From: an uncultured Bdellovibrionales bacterium | GTDB taxonomy: Bacteria > Patescibacteriota > Minisyncoccia > Moranbacterales > UBA1568 | Reading direction: 5' to 3' | Length of the DNA stretch: 64,000 nt | Assembly (NCBI GenBank): GCA_964597355.1 | Contig: CAZQWS010000001.1 | Location: 24,279-88,278 of the forward strand | Part shown: piece after piece, positions 8,210 through 17,724 of the stretch | How the letters are laid out: each line of letters opens with the position of its first letter | How positions within the stretch are numbered: the stretch's first letter is position 1 | Notes under the pieces: generated by a model | Told to the model about the DNA's origin: nothing | The model's database searches: none | The model's input: only the letters and a program-made list of their open reading frames with translations | Translations under genes and position numbers: made by a program

Positions 8210-9901
8210 TTATTCAAGAGGTGAGCTCGGTTTTTTAGGTGTAGAGAGTACCCATGGGTGACGCTCCATCCAGTCGGCAAAGAAAAATTCAGTCATAATC
8301 CGTACCAAAACTACCGCTGTAAACAAAGACAAGATCACCCCGAGAGCCAGTGTAATCGCGAAGCCTTTGACGAAGCCGGTGCCGATGCCCATGAGGACGA
8401 CGGTCGTGATGAGCGTTGAGAGATGACCATCACGAATCGAAGGCCAAGCTCGACGAAAACCTTCTTTCAAAGAAGTACGCATGGATTTCCCAAACGAGAA
8501 CTCTTCTCGGGTACGCTCAAAGATGAGCACATTGGCGTCAACCGCGATCCCAATCGAGAGAATAAATCCAGCGATACCCGAAAGTGTAAGAGTAATAGGA
8601 AAGGGTGTCAGTGCCGAAAGCTTGAACAGCGCGAGGAGCATAGCGGTATAGAGAAGGAGGGCGATCACGGCGATGAGCCCGAGAAAACGATAGAAGAACA
8701 CCATGAACACCGCCACCGCTGCAAGCCCGAGCACTCCCGCCCGGATACTCATATCGAGCGCTGTTTTCCCGAGACTGGCATCGATTGATTGCTGAGACAC
8801 GAGCGTAATCGGGACTGGGAGAGCACCTTCATTGAAGCGCTTCACCAAGTCATTGGCTTCCGGCAGAGTAAAGTCGCCAGTGATGACTGCTTCACCATTC
8901 AAGATTTCAGATTGAACCGTCGGCTGACTGATGATCTGCTGATCGAGAAAAATAGCCACGGGCTTCCCGATATTGCGCTGCGTAATTTCCGAGAAGAGCC
9001 TGGTCCCTTCTTCATCAAACCGCAGGCCAATCTGTGGCGCCCCCAATCCCTGGCTTTGGTAATCCACAAAAGCGTCTTTCAAGTTTTTACCAGAGAGTCC
9101 AGTCGCTTTGAACTGAAGAAGTGGGAATTGGGAAATATCGTATTTGGGAAACAAGATATGCGCAATCTTCACTTCGCGTTCATCACCTTCGCCTCGCTCA
9201 TCCAACTTTTTCAGAATGTGCCAGCCGAAATCAGTTTCGACAAGCTTCGGCCAGGCCGAACCTTTTTGGAAATTCGGATCAAAAGTGACTTCATCAAACT
9301 GGGGTACATAGTATCCCTTCTTCTGGAAATCGTATTCTCCGCCCTTGTCTTTCGATCCTGGATCCTGACTCCAGGTCTTGGCGGCTTCAGCAAAGTCCGA
9401 GCCATTCAAAACATTTTCCAAAATTTTTCCGGCTGAATCTAGAGACTGGGCATTGGCTTCAGTGATTTGTTTCACTGATTCATCCTCCTCACTGGCGAGT
9501 TCGCGGAATTCAAGAAAGGGCGTTTCTTTGATGAGCTTCTTCGCTTCTTCGATATCTTTCACCCCCGGAAGCTCGACGATGATACGACTTTCACTTCCTG
9601 ATTTCGAAAGTTGGACCAAGGGTTCACCGACGCCAAAGGCATTCACCCGACGTTCGATCACGGCGACTGCCGCTTCGAGAGCTTCGTCCCGTTTGTCCTC
9701 GGCTACATCATTGGTATTGGCCACATACTCGAGGTGGATACCACCCTCAAGATCAAGGCCGTAATTCATCTGGAGCCGGCCAAAAAACTGCTCTACCGGT
9801 GGGGCAAAAGAAAGCATCCGAGGATAGGCCAAAACAGCCGAAAAAAGACCAAGCAGGACCACTCCTGCGAAGCGCAGACGTAATTTCTGAATAGCGTTCA
9901 T
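8210..9901 (-). CDS. secD: Protein translocase subunit SecD with an inserted parvulin-type PPIase domain
   Basis: GLDLEGG, IERRVNAFGVGEP, GIAVDANVLIFER. Internal FAEAAKTWSQDPGSKDKGG...LVETDFGWHILK is a rotamase motif. Start placed at ATG 9901. Confidence 0.95.
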   Translation of the reverse strand: MNAIQKLRLRFAGVVLLGLFSAVLAYPRMLSFAPPVEQFFGRLQMNYGLDLEGGIHLEYVANTNDVAEDKRDEALEAAVAVIERRVNAFGVGEPLVQLSKSGSESRIIVELPGVKDIEEAKKLIKETPFLEFRELASEEDESVKQITEANAQSLDSAGKILENVLNGSDFAEAAKTWSQDPGSKDKGGEYDFQKKGYYVPQFDEVTFDPNFQKGSAWPKLVETDFGWHILKKLDERGEGDEREVKIAHILFPKYDISQFPLLQFKATGLSGKNLKDAFVDYQSQGLGAPQIGLRFDEEGTRLFSEITQRNIGKPVAIFLDQQIISQPTVQSEILNGEAVITGDFTLPEANDLVKRFNEGALPVPITLVSQQSIDASLGKTALDMSIRAGVLGLAAVAVFMVFFYRFLGLIAVIALLLYTAMLLALFKLSALTPFPITLTLSGIAGFILSIGIAVDANVLIFERTREEFSFGKSMRTSLKEGFRRAWPSIRDGHLSTLITTVVLMGIGTGFVKGFAITLALGVILSLFTAVVLVRIMTEFFFADWMERHPWVLSTPKKPSSPLE

Positions 9902-10072
9902 AGACGCCAGTGTAGCGGAAAATCTCCCTTCCGGCAAGAATTGCCAAAAAGAGAAAAAATGGCTTAACTACGGCGTCAAACGCTTGACGTCGCGCGGGTA
10001 GAGAATAGCCTCTTTGATCGTTTCGAGGCCCAAAAGCTTCTGAATAGCGTTCATAGACGCCAGTGTAGCGGA
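9885..10072. repeat. 35-bp exact direct repeat (9885-9919 and 10038-10072) covering the secD -10 box and start
   Basis: ttctgaatagcgttcatagacgccagtgtagcgga occurs twice, 153 bp apart. Confidence 0.95.
9968..10054 (-). pseudogene. Chimeric remnant: secD start fused to the C-terminal tail of an archaeal-type aspartyl-tRNA synthetase
   Basis: Translates as MNAIQKLLGLETIKEAILYPRDVKRLTP*. The tail matches the archaeal-type AspRS ending (..LxxIrEviLFPRDxxRLTP). Confidence 0.75.
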
Positions 10073-10264
10073 GACCCCTCCCCGGTAAAGTAAAGGATGT
10101 ATAAACCAATGTCTGTCCCAAGTTCCAAGTAATGAGAGCATCTAAGAAATAACTTCTTCGACACACGAGCCTATATTCTTTACAAGATCCCATATTAATG
10201 ATATTATTTTAAACTCAGGCACAAGCCTCGAGACATAGATCCTTCACAACCAGGAGAGCACATC

Positions 10265-11596
10265 ATGAATGGTACTAACAAGTCCCAACCCGACATACTG
10301 AAGATTGAAGGTGGGTACCCCCTTAAAGGCAAGGTTACTGCGCGTGGTGCGAAAAATACCGTGCCGAAAAATATGGTTGCTGCACTCCTTACTAGTGATA
10401 CTTGCACGATTAGTAATATTCCTCACATCGTTGATGTTGAAATCATGCAAGACATGATTGAGGCATTCGGCGGTAAAGTGAAGTTACTCCATGACCATAT
10501 AATCCGGATAAATGCTTCAACCATCAGCCAAATTCCCCCGGAACAAATGGCATCATTTTCTGGAAAAAGCCGCATTCCCATACTGACCTGCGGTCCCATG
10601 TTGGCACGCACAGGACGAGTGATAGTTCCAGCCCTAGGAGGTTGTCAGATTGGCGATCGGCCGATTGATTTCCATATCGATGCGCTGAAAGCTCTTGGTG
10701 CACGGGTCGAAGTCCATGAAACCCATATCGAGATGTTCGCCGACCGACTACATGGAGCAAGAATTTCTTTGCCATACCCAAGTGTTGGTGCAACCGAGCA
10801 GATTCTTCTCTCGTCGGTCCTAGCAAAAGGAGTGACTGAGCTCAGTAATGCAGCCATAGAACCGGAAATCATGGATCTCATCTCTGTGCTTCAAAAGATG
10901 GGAGCAATCATATCGGTAGACACCCAAAGAGTGATCACTATTAACGGGGTCGAGAAACTTTCTGGATTCAAACATCGCGCGTTACCAGACCGACTGGAAG
11001 CAGCTTCATGGGCATGTCTTGCGGCCGCAACAAATGGCAGGATTTTTGTTCAGGGGGCTGAACAGATGCACATGATGACATTTTTGAATGCTTTTCGCCA
11101 AACAGGAGGCGCATTTGAAGTGAAAGGGTCTGGTATTGAGTTCTGGAGAGCAGGGAAGACACTTACTGCCACAACGCTTGAAACAGATGTCCATCCAGGA
11201 TTCATGACTGATTGGCAACAGCCATTCGTCGTCATGTTGACACAGGCAGACGGACTGTCGGTAGTACACGAGACAGTTTACGAAGGACGATTCGGCTATG
11301 TCCAAGCACTCAAGTCAATGGGGGCACGGATCCAGCTCTACCAGCAGTGTCTTGGGAGGATCCATTGTCGTTTTGCCAATCGCGATGCTCTTCACAGTGC
11401 AGTGATCTCAGGACCCACTACTCTACATGGTGCAGAAATCCATATCCCAGATCTACGTGGTGGCTTCTCCTACATCATTGCGGCACTGGTTGCGCAGGGA
11501 ACCTCAAGATTGCATAATACCCAGCTTATCCGTAGAGGTTACGAGGACATCTTTGGAAAACTGCTGGCGCTCAAGGCAAACATTCAAGAAGAGTAA
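10265..11596 (+). CDS. murA: UDP-N-acetylglucosamine 1-carboxyvinyltransferase
   Basis: GAKN, LGGCQIGDRPIDFH (catalytic Cys), YPSVGATE, NAAIEPEI, PGFMTDWQ, ETVYEGRF, PDLRGG, RGYE. Confidence 0.95.
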   Translation: MNGTNKSQPDILKIEGGYPLKGKVTARGAKNTVPKNMVAALLTSDTCTISNIPHIVDVEIMQDMIEAFGGKVKLLHDHIIRINASTISQIPPEQMASFSGKSRIPILTCGPMLARTGRVIVPALGGCQIGDRPIDFHIDALKALGARVEVHETHIEMFADRLHGARISLPYPSVGATEQILLSSVLAKGVTELSNAAIEPEIMDLISVLQKMGAIISVDTQRVITINGVEKLSGFKHRALPDRLEAASWACLAAATNGRIFVQGAEQMHMMTFLNAFRQTGGAFEVKGSGIEFWRAGKTLTATTLETDVHPGFMTDWQQPFVVMLTQADGLSVVHETVYEGRFGYVQALKSMGARIQLYQQCLGRIHCRFANRDALHSAVISGPTTLHGAEIHIPDLRGGFSYIIAALVAQGTSRLHNTQLIRRGYEDIFGKLLALKANIQEE

Positions 11597-11640
11597 TCAC
11601 AGGAGATCCTCGTACTCTTTATCTTGAACCTTTGAAATTT

Positions 11641-11676
11641 GAGGCGTAGCATGGAAACATGTTACGCCTCTTTTTT
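11641..11676 (+). terminator. Intrinsic terminator after murA
   Basis: gaggcgtagcatg-gaaa-catgttacgcctc followed by a T-run. Confidence 0.8.
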
Positions 11677-11715
11677 ACTCCTTTAACAGCCACTGAAATA
11701 CAAATCATTTCATTT

Positions 11716-12561
11716 TTAGTTGATCCTCCTATCATTTAAAAAACTAACCACCTCTTCCCTGGGAACTTCTTGGCCTATTTTAAATTCTGGGGTGTACGTA
11801 TGGCCATGCCAGTCACTTCCTCCAGTTATGTATAAACCAAATCTTTTCGCAACACCTCTCATCACATTTATATTCTCTGAAGTATTTCTTGGATAATAGA
11901 TTTCTAAACCCAAAAGTCCATCTTTAACAAACTCGGATACCATTTTTTCGTATTTTACCAAACCCATTTTTTGAAGTTCTCTTCCGGAATGCGCTAGAAC
12001 AGGAATACCTCCAGCTGAAATAATCAATCTAAAGCTTTCTTTTGGAGATATCATCCAGGAATTATCTTCCTGGACAAAAACATACTGTTTGAGGGCGTCC
12101 TTGATAGAAATAGCTCCTTTCAGATGCTCAACGAGTAGTCTAGCCAAAGTATTTCGACTGACATATGCTTCGTTATTCTGGACAGACAAAGATTTGAAAT
12201 CTAAGTTTAATGTCGAAAACTCTTTATTTAACTTGGCAATTATTGACTGTGCTCGACGATTGTAGCCACCAACAGTCCCCATCAGTTCTTTATTTAGAAG
12301 CCTATGATTGAGTTTTTTACCATATCCAAGGACGTGTAAAGATATCTCAGAAGTTGAGGTTTTGAACAGGGTTGAAATCTCAATACCTTGGATAAGGCTT
12401 ATCCGTTTTTCGCTTAGTTTCAAAAGTTCCGCCTCTGGCAGAAAATTATGATCAGTAATAGAAAGTAGCGTAACCCCTTTACGTACGGCTTCTAAAACAA
12501 TTTCTTCCGGAGAGTTCTCGCCATCGGAAAAAAAGGAATGGGTGTGTAAATCAATGTTCAT
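11716..12561 (-). CDS. PHP-domain phosphoesterase (YciV/RNase AM/TrpH-like)
   Basis: DLHTHSFFSDG, ITDHN, GIEIST, HVLGY, LAHSGR, GGSDWHG. Start at ATG 12561. Confidence 0.88.
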   Translation of the reverse strand: MNIDLHTHSFFSDGENSPEEIVLEAVRKGVTLLSITDHNFLPEAELLKLSEKRISLIQGIEISTLFKTSTSEISLHVLGYGKKLNHRLLNKELMGTVGGYNRRAQSIIAKLNKEFSTLNLDFKSLSVQNNEAYVSRNTLARLLVEHLKGAISIKDALKQYVFVQEDNSWMISPKESFRLIISAGGIPVLAHSGRELQKMGLVKYEKMVSEFVKDGLLGLEIYYPRNTSENINVMRGVAKRFGLYITGGSDWHGHTYTPEFKIGQEVPREEVVSFLNDRRIN

Positions 12562-12615
12562 AAAATGATTGTAGCTCAGTCCTCTTTGTAGCCTTCTGCC
12601 TATAAGTAATAGCAT

Positions 12616-12656
12616 AAAAAAACCTCGCGAGATAGAGGATATCGAATCTCGCGAGG
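12616..12656 (-). terminator. Intrinsic terminator after the nucleotidyltransferase gene
   Basis: cctcgcgagat...atctcgcgagg stem with an A7 run on + (U-run on -). Confidence 0.75.
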
Positions 12657-12666
12657 AAGTAAATAC

Positions 12667-13434
12667 TCAGTGCTTGCAAAGCAGCGAGCAGACTTGTTGA
12701 TAGTTTGCCCTAAACTGATCACCGTGGATAACCATATTAAGCAAGCTTTCATACCAATTCATGAGTAAGACACCTCCTTCAAAATCGATAGCTTTCTTGC
12801 ATCGGAACAAAAAATCTACCGCTGGGGAAGAATCTACGCCGTACACTCTGTCGAACGATTCAATGCACCCATCAAGATTAGATGGTGGGATGGCGTAATC
12901 CATCCTATGCTTACACGCCTGATATGTAAGTGCATTACCAGGTCCATGCAACAGCTTACTGACAAAAATCCGACTTTCTTCCCTATGAAACGATCTAACA
13001 AGCTGACGGCGACAAATTGTCCGGTTATCATGAAGAACATATGCTGTCAGATCAGCAAACGAAAACGAATGAGCAGAGGTACTAATCGGGGTGATTCGGA
13101 ACTTTCCTTTCAGGTCATGGCCAAAGACTAGTGATGGATTGTATCTTGGATACCACAGCGGTGAATTCCTATCAGGAAATTCATCATCCGTATGAGGGAC
13201 GAGATCAATATCCTGTCCGGTCTCTTTGCAAAGTAGCACTCGCAACGCACGTAATGCGTGATAGTGTTGCGAATCAACAACACCAAAATCACTTTGCACT
13301 ATGACAGCAATATCCATATCCACAGATGACTCATTATAAAGCCAAGATCCGTAAACTCTGGCATCAGTCACACAACCGATGTGCTGCAACGCTTCTTTGA
13401 CCTGCAACAGAACCTGTTGTCTAGATATTTCCAT
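12667..13434 (-). CDS. Pol-beta superfamily nucleotidyltransferase domain protein
   Basis: VYGSW...DMDIAV and a later DIDLV acidic strand; helical C-terminal half. Confidence 0.72.
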   Translation of the reverse strand: MEISRQQVLLQVKEALQHIGCVTDARVYGSWLYNESSVDMDIAVIVQSDFGVVDSQHYHALRALRVLLCKETGQDIDLVPHTDDEFPDRNSPLWYPRYNPSLVFGHDLKGKFRITPISTSAHSFSFADLTAYVLHDNRTICRRQLVRSFHREESRIFVSKLLHGPGNALTYQACKHRMDYAIPPSNLDGCIESFDRVYGVDSSPAVDFLFRCKKAIDFEGGVLLMNWYESLLNMVIHGDQFRANYQQVCSLLCKH

Positions 13435-13541
13435 GTCACTCTCCTGTTGTAAAACAACTCGTCAAAATCATCATAACTTTGACAAAATACTGTAACACGA
13501 GTTCACTGGAAATACAAGGGCAATCTGTTTATTCAATTCAT

Positions 13542-14126
13542 CTATGAAAATTGACTTTCCTTTGCCAAAGCTTGCCATTTTTGAATAAGCCTTGCTGTTC
13601 CTTCATGGTGAATTGCCTGAATCATAGTCGAGGCTTCTTCGATAGTCACAAAGTGCATTTCTTTACATTTCTCAGGCTCCATGATTTTCGGTTCTTGCCC
13701 CTCTGGAAGAAGGACGAGAAAACAGAGGTTGTAAATACTTTTCCGATAGCCGAAGACTTCTTTGGGATAGTCAAAGCGGTAAATATCCAGGGGAATGGGA
13801 CTAACAAGCATCGCACCCGTAATCCCTGTTTCTTCTTCCAATTCTTTGAGCGCTACACTGACTAGATCAGGACTGCCATCGGCATGGCCGCCCGGCTGGG
13901 TCCATCTTCCTATTTTTGTATGCCACAGAAAGAGCGCTTTTTTGAAGTCCCGTGTGACTAGGAGCACTGAAGCAGCGATATGTTTTGCATCTTCTTTCGC
14001 TTTTCGCTCGAAGCAGTCCGAATTTTTTGAAACATATTGAATGAACTCTGTGATAGTTTCTTTCTCATCAAAAGAAGCGGTTAACTCATATCCTTTCAAG
14101 AGTTGTAACAATGGTTCTCGGTGCAT
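13542..14126 (-). CDS. NUDIX hydrolase
   Basis: WTQPGGHADG...ALKELEEETG Nudix box. Confidence 0.9.
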   Translation of the reverse strand: MHREPLLQLLKGYELTASFDEKETITEFIQYVSKNSDCFERKAKEDAKHIAASVLLVTRDFKKALFLWHTKIGRWTQPGGHADGSPDLVSVALKELEEETGITGAMLVSPIPLDIYRFDYPKEVFGYRKSIYNLCFLVLLPEGQEPKIMEPEKCKEMHFVTIEEASTMIQAIHHEGTARLIQKWQALAKESQFS

Positions 14127-14183
14127 AAAGATCAGGGTTCCCTAAAAATGCCCTCACGCAGATAGAAAGTAGCTTCTTGGACA

Positions 14184-15578
14184 TTATTTCTTCAGAGTAA
14201 TCCCCAGTTCGAGAAGCTGCTCACGAGAAACTTCTGATGGTGACTCCATCATTGGATCCTTCCCTTCTCCGGTCTTGGCAAAGGCAATCACCTCGCGAAT
14301 ATTGGGTTCGTTCTGAAGCAGCATCATGAGCCGGTCAAAGCCAAAAGCCAATCCTCCGTGTGGTGGTGTTCCCGAAGCAAGCGCCTCGAGCATATGACCG
14401 AAATTTTGTTCAATCCGTTCATCACTATAGCCCATAACGCGAAATACTTGTTTGAGAGCCTCGGGATTATGATTACGAATCCCTCCCCCACCAATTTCAT
14501 AACCATTCAAAACCATGTCATACTGGGCCGCCACGATCTCACCAATATTCTTTCCATCCATCAAATCTGCTATATACTCCGGCTTCGGCGCTGAAAAAGG
14601 ATTGTGAGTGAAAGTCCACTTCCCATCATCTGTTTTTTCAAAAAAAGGAAAATCGATCACCCAGCAAAATGCCAAGAGATTTGGATCATTTTTATCCTCC
14701 CGCAGGTCAGGCTTGTCTGAACCATACTTGGACATTGCTTCCTGGTAACTGAGCCGTGGAAAAGGAAGCTGCTGAATTCTTTTTTCCGGATATACTGTTT
14801 TCACGAGCTCAACTATCATCTTTTCATTGAGCGACATGACTGTTTCTTGGTCTACAAAACTCATTTCAAGGTCTACCTGGGTAAATTCAGGCTGACGGTC
14901 TCCTCGAGTGTCCTCATCTCGAAAACAGCGGGCTATTTGGAAATACCGCTCAAACCCAGCGGCCATGAGAAGTTGCTTGTACTGCTGGGGAGATTGGGGC
15001 AAGGCGTAGAATTTTCCCTTGTCCAGACGAGAGGGAACAACGTAATCGCGTGAACCCTCCGGGGTCGACTTGGTCATGTTGGGCGTCTCAATCTCGACAA
15101 AGCTCTCTTTGGTATAAAAGTCCCGGACAAAATGCATCGCCTGGTGCCGCATCCGGATGTTCTGCTGCATCCGTTCTCGTCGCAGGTCAAGGTAACGGTA
15201 CTTTAACCGAGTTTCTTCGTTTACTTCTTTACCATCAGTCGAGAGGTCAAACACTGGCGTCGTTGCTTCATTGAGCACAGCCATACTCAATACTTCAATC
15301 TCAATCGTCCCATTTGATTGTTCCGGATTAATGAGCTTTTCCGGTCGAGCATTGACCTGCCCTGTCACCTGGATTACCCATTCTGGCCGAACCGTTTGTG
15401 CAATAACCTGAGCATCAGCATGATTAGGTAGGACCACCATTTGAATCTTGCCACTCCGATCCCGCAGATCTAAAAATATAAGCTTTCCGTGATCTCGACG
15501 GATATCCACCCAACCAGAAAGAGTTACTTGCTTTCCGATAAATTCTTTAGCCTCGCTAATAAGTGTTCGTTCAGTCAT
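14184..15578 (-). CDS. aspS: Aspartate--tRNA ligase, bacterial type lacking the GAD insertion domain
   Basis: RRDHGKLIFLDLRD, RYLDLRR, LPQSPQ, CFRDED.R.DRQPEFTQ, PPHGG.A.GFDR. YGSDKPDLR joins WVIDFP almost directly. Confidence 0.96.
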   Translation of the reverse strand: MTERTLISEAKEFIGKQVTLSGWVDIRRDHGKLIFLDLRDRSGKIQMVVLPNHADAQVIAQTVRPEWVIQVTGQVNARPEKLINPEQSNGTIEIEVLSMAVLNEATTPVFDLSTDGKEVNEETRLKYRYLDLRRERMQQNIRMRHQAMHFVRDFYTKESFVEIETPNMTKSTPEGSRDYVVPSRLDKGKFYALPQSPQQYKQLLMAAGFERYFQIARCFRDEDTRGDRQPEFTQVDLEMSFVDQETVMSLNEKMIVELVKTVYPEKRIQQLPFPRLSYQEAMSKYGSDKPDLREDKNDPNLLAFCWVIDFPFFEKTDDGKWTFTHNPFSAPKPEYIADLMDGKNIGEIVAAQYDMVLNGYEIGGGGIRNHNPEALKQVFRVMGYSDERIEQNFGHMLEALASGTPPHGGLAFGFDRLMMLLQNEPNIREVIAFAKTGEGKDPMMESPSEVSREQLLELGITLKK

Positions 15579-15589
15579 ATGTTTCAAAA

Positions 15590-15976
15590 CTATTGAGTAA
15601 CCGGACTTTCGCCGAGATAACGCTTCACTTCATCCACTACTTGTGAAGGAGTAAAGGCCGTCTTGGAAATAAATCCCGTGGCCCCCGCCTTCTTGGCTGC
15701 TTCTTGCTCTTCAGGACCCGAGAGATTGCTAAAGACAACTACTTTGAGGTTTTTATCGTATTCTGCCTTACCCCGCAACTCATGTAGGACCTCAAGTCCT
15801 GGCATTTCGGGCAAAACCATATCGAGCAGTACCAAATCAAACGAGGTTTCAGCAATCCGCTTCAAGGCTTCATGCCCCGTTTTAGCATTGAAGATCTCAA
15901 ACCCAGCGTCACCGAGCTTTTTCTCGTAGATCTCCGCAATAAACGCATCATCTTCGACAAGGAGAATTTTTGCCAT
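15590..15976 (-). CDS. Single-domain response regulator (CheY-like)
   Basis: KILLVEDD, DLVLLDMVLPEMPG, FSNL, FISK. Confidence 0.92.
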   Translation of the reverse strand: MAKILLVEDDAFIAEIYEKKLGDAGFEIFNAKTGHEALKRIAETSFDLVLLDMVLPEMPGLEVLHELRGKAEYDKNLKVVVFSNLSGPEEQEAAKKAGATGFISKTAFTPSQVVDEVKRYLGESPVTQ

Positions 15977-16012
15977 AGAGTCTATTTGGTCACGCCCTAG
16001 CTTAGCAAACAA

Positions 16013-17707
16013 TTAGTGTGCCGACAACCGCTTCACCTTCTCCGCCACATGGATTGGGAGTTCGAGTACAAATTTCGCTCCCTTGCCCTTGCCTTCCGAA
16101 TGAGCGGTAATCGTCCCTCCATGAGCTTCAGCAAATTTGCGTCCGACAAAGAGCCCGAGTCCCGTACTCGAAACATTGACGCGCTCCGCCTGGGAACCGC
16201 GTTCAAATTTCTTGAAGAGATGAGGCAAATCATGCGGGTCAATACCCATACCCGTATCAGAGATTACCACCCCAACGCATTCGTGGTCGTGTTGTTCAAA
16301 GGAAACCGTGACTGATCCGCCTTCTGGCGTGTACTTCAAAGAATTATCGATCATATTTGAAATCACTTCGCGAATTTTGTTGGCGTCGAGCGAGAGCATG
16401 GGCAAGGGTTTCGCTGGTCGTTCAACTTTGAAGCGAATTCCCTTCTCTCTCGCTGCGAGGATAAACATGTCATCGAGCTCATTCACTATATCTTCGATAT
16501 GCGTCGGGGCAAATTGGTACTGGATCCGGCCAGCTTCAATGCGCGAGATATTAAGGAGGTTCTCCACCAAAGCCATCAGTCGATTATTGGCAATCGTCAC
16601 TTTGTGGAGCGTCTCCTTGATTTGAGGTTCAAGTTTGCCATAGGCTCCCTCCAAGAGAAGGTCGAGGAAACCACGGATAGCAGTCAGTGGTGTCCGCAAC
16701 TGATGGGAAGCGATCGAGATGAATTCCGATTTTGACGCATCGAGCCGCTTGAGTTCCGTATTGGCCACCGATAACTCCTTACTCAACACTTCGAGCTCTT
16801 CCTTGCGCTTGATTTCAAAATGCACAGCCCGAATAAGGAACATCCCTAAAGTAAACATCAGAACAAACGTAATCGTAGTAAGAATTTGGTTCCCCAAAGT
16901 TTTCGCTAAAAAAATTTGTGCCCCACTCATAATAACGAGCGCCATGACCAAAGCTTGAGTGCTGATGAGCTTCACATTGAACGTCTGGTACTTGACGATG
17001 CTATACGCAAAGAAACCAGAAAGAAGGGTCATACCAAAAAGCCCGATAGCTCCGATAGTCCAATCGTCAGTGATACTGCCGTAGAGGTTTCCCCCGGTAA
17101 ATGAAACAAGGAAAACAATAATTCCCGTCATGATAGCCAATCGTTCACGTCGACTACGCTCCGCATGTACATTGTGTAGGCTAGAGATAGCAAACAACGT
17201 AATCCAAAGAATGAAGATCGTTTCAATAGTATAGGAGTAATACGCAAAGGTAGACTCATTAGGAAGACAGTTGGCAATGTCAAAGCTTGAAAGGGTAAGG
17301 GTCGTGGGGACCAAAAATATTTGCGGAAGAAAGATAAGGAAAGCAATGAGCTTTTTCTTAAAAGGCATGTCCCGTCCGGTAAGCAAGAGGTGAGCGAGGT
17401 AGAGCATGCAAATGTGCACCATCGGCTCTATAAGAACAATAGTAGTCCAGACAAACATGATCGTATCTGCACGGTTGGCCGCCCAGAACATCTGGTCCAA
17501 GAAAACCCACGAACCAAAGAAAATCATCGCCGCAAAGAAAATACGATTCTCTATCTGCTGGCGGTTACTCCAAAAAACGAAGAATCCCAAAAGAAACGCT
17601 ACCACGAAAATAGGTATATGCGAAACATACACGAGACTGGGGATGTCGTTAAAAAGAAGAAAGGTGGGATCAGCTATATCACACCTGATTGATTCGAGTA
17701 TATCCAT
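16013..17707 (-). CDS. Multi-TM sensor histidine kinase
   Basis: N-terminal multi-TM region; SEFISIASHQLRTPLT (H box), NMIDNSLKYT, DTGMGI, STGLGL. Confidence 0.95.
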   Translation of the reverse strand: MDILESIRCDIADPTFLLFNDIPSLVYVSHIPIFVVAFLLGFFVFWSNRQQIENRIFFAAMIFFGSWVFLDQMFWAANRADTIMFVWTTIVLIEPMVHICMLYLAHLLLTGRDMPFKKKLIAFLIFLPQIFLVPTTLTLSSFDIANCLPNESTFAYYSYTIETIFILWITLFAISSLHNVHAERSRRERLAIMTGIIVFLVSFTGGNLYGSITDDWTIGAIGLFGMTLLSGFFAYSIVKYQTFNVKLISTQALVMALVIMSGAQIFLAKTLGNQILTTITFVLMFTLGMFLIRAVHFEIKRKEELEVLSKELSVANTELKRLDASKSEFISIASHQLRTPLTAIRGFLDLLLEGAYGKLEPQIKETLHKVTIANNRLMALVENLLNISRIEAGRIQYQFAPTHIEDIVNELDDMFILAAREKGIRFKVERPAKPLPMLSLDANKIREVISNMIDNSLKYTPEGGSVTVSFEQHDHECVGVVISDTGMGIDPHDLPHLFKKFERGSQAERVNVSSTGLGLFVGRKFAEAHGGTITAHSEGKGKGAKFVLELPIHVAEKVKRLSAH

Positions 17708-17724
17708 ATTTATGTTTGTATATA

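Noticed and set aside
9753-10193. 146-aa ORF with repeated RYTGVYERYSE peptide
   Set aside because: Off-frame reading of the 35-bp duplication; it overlaps secD.
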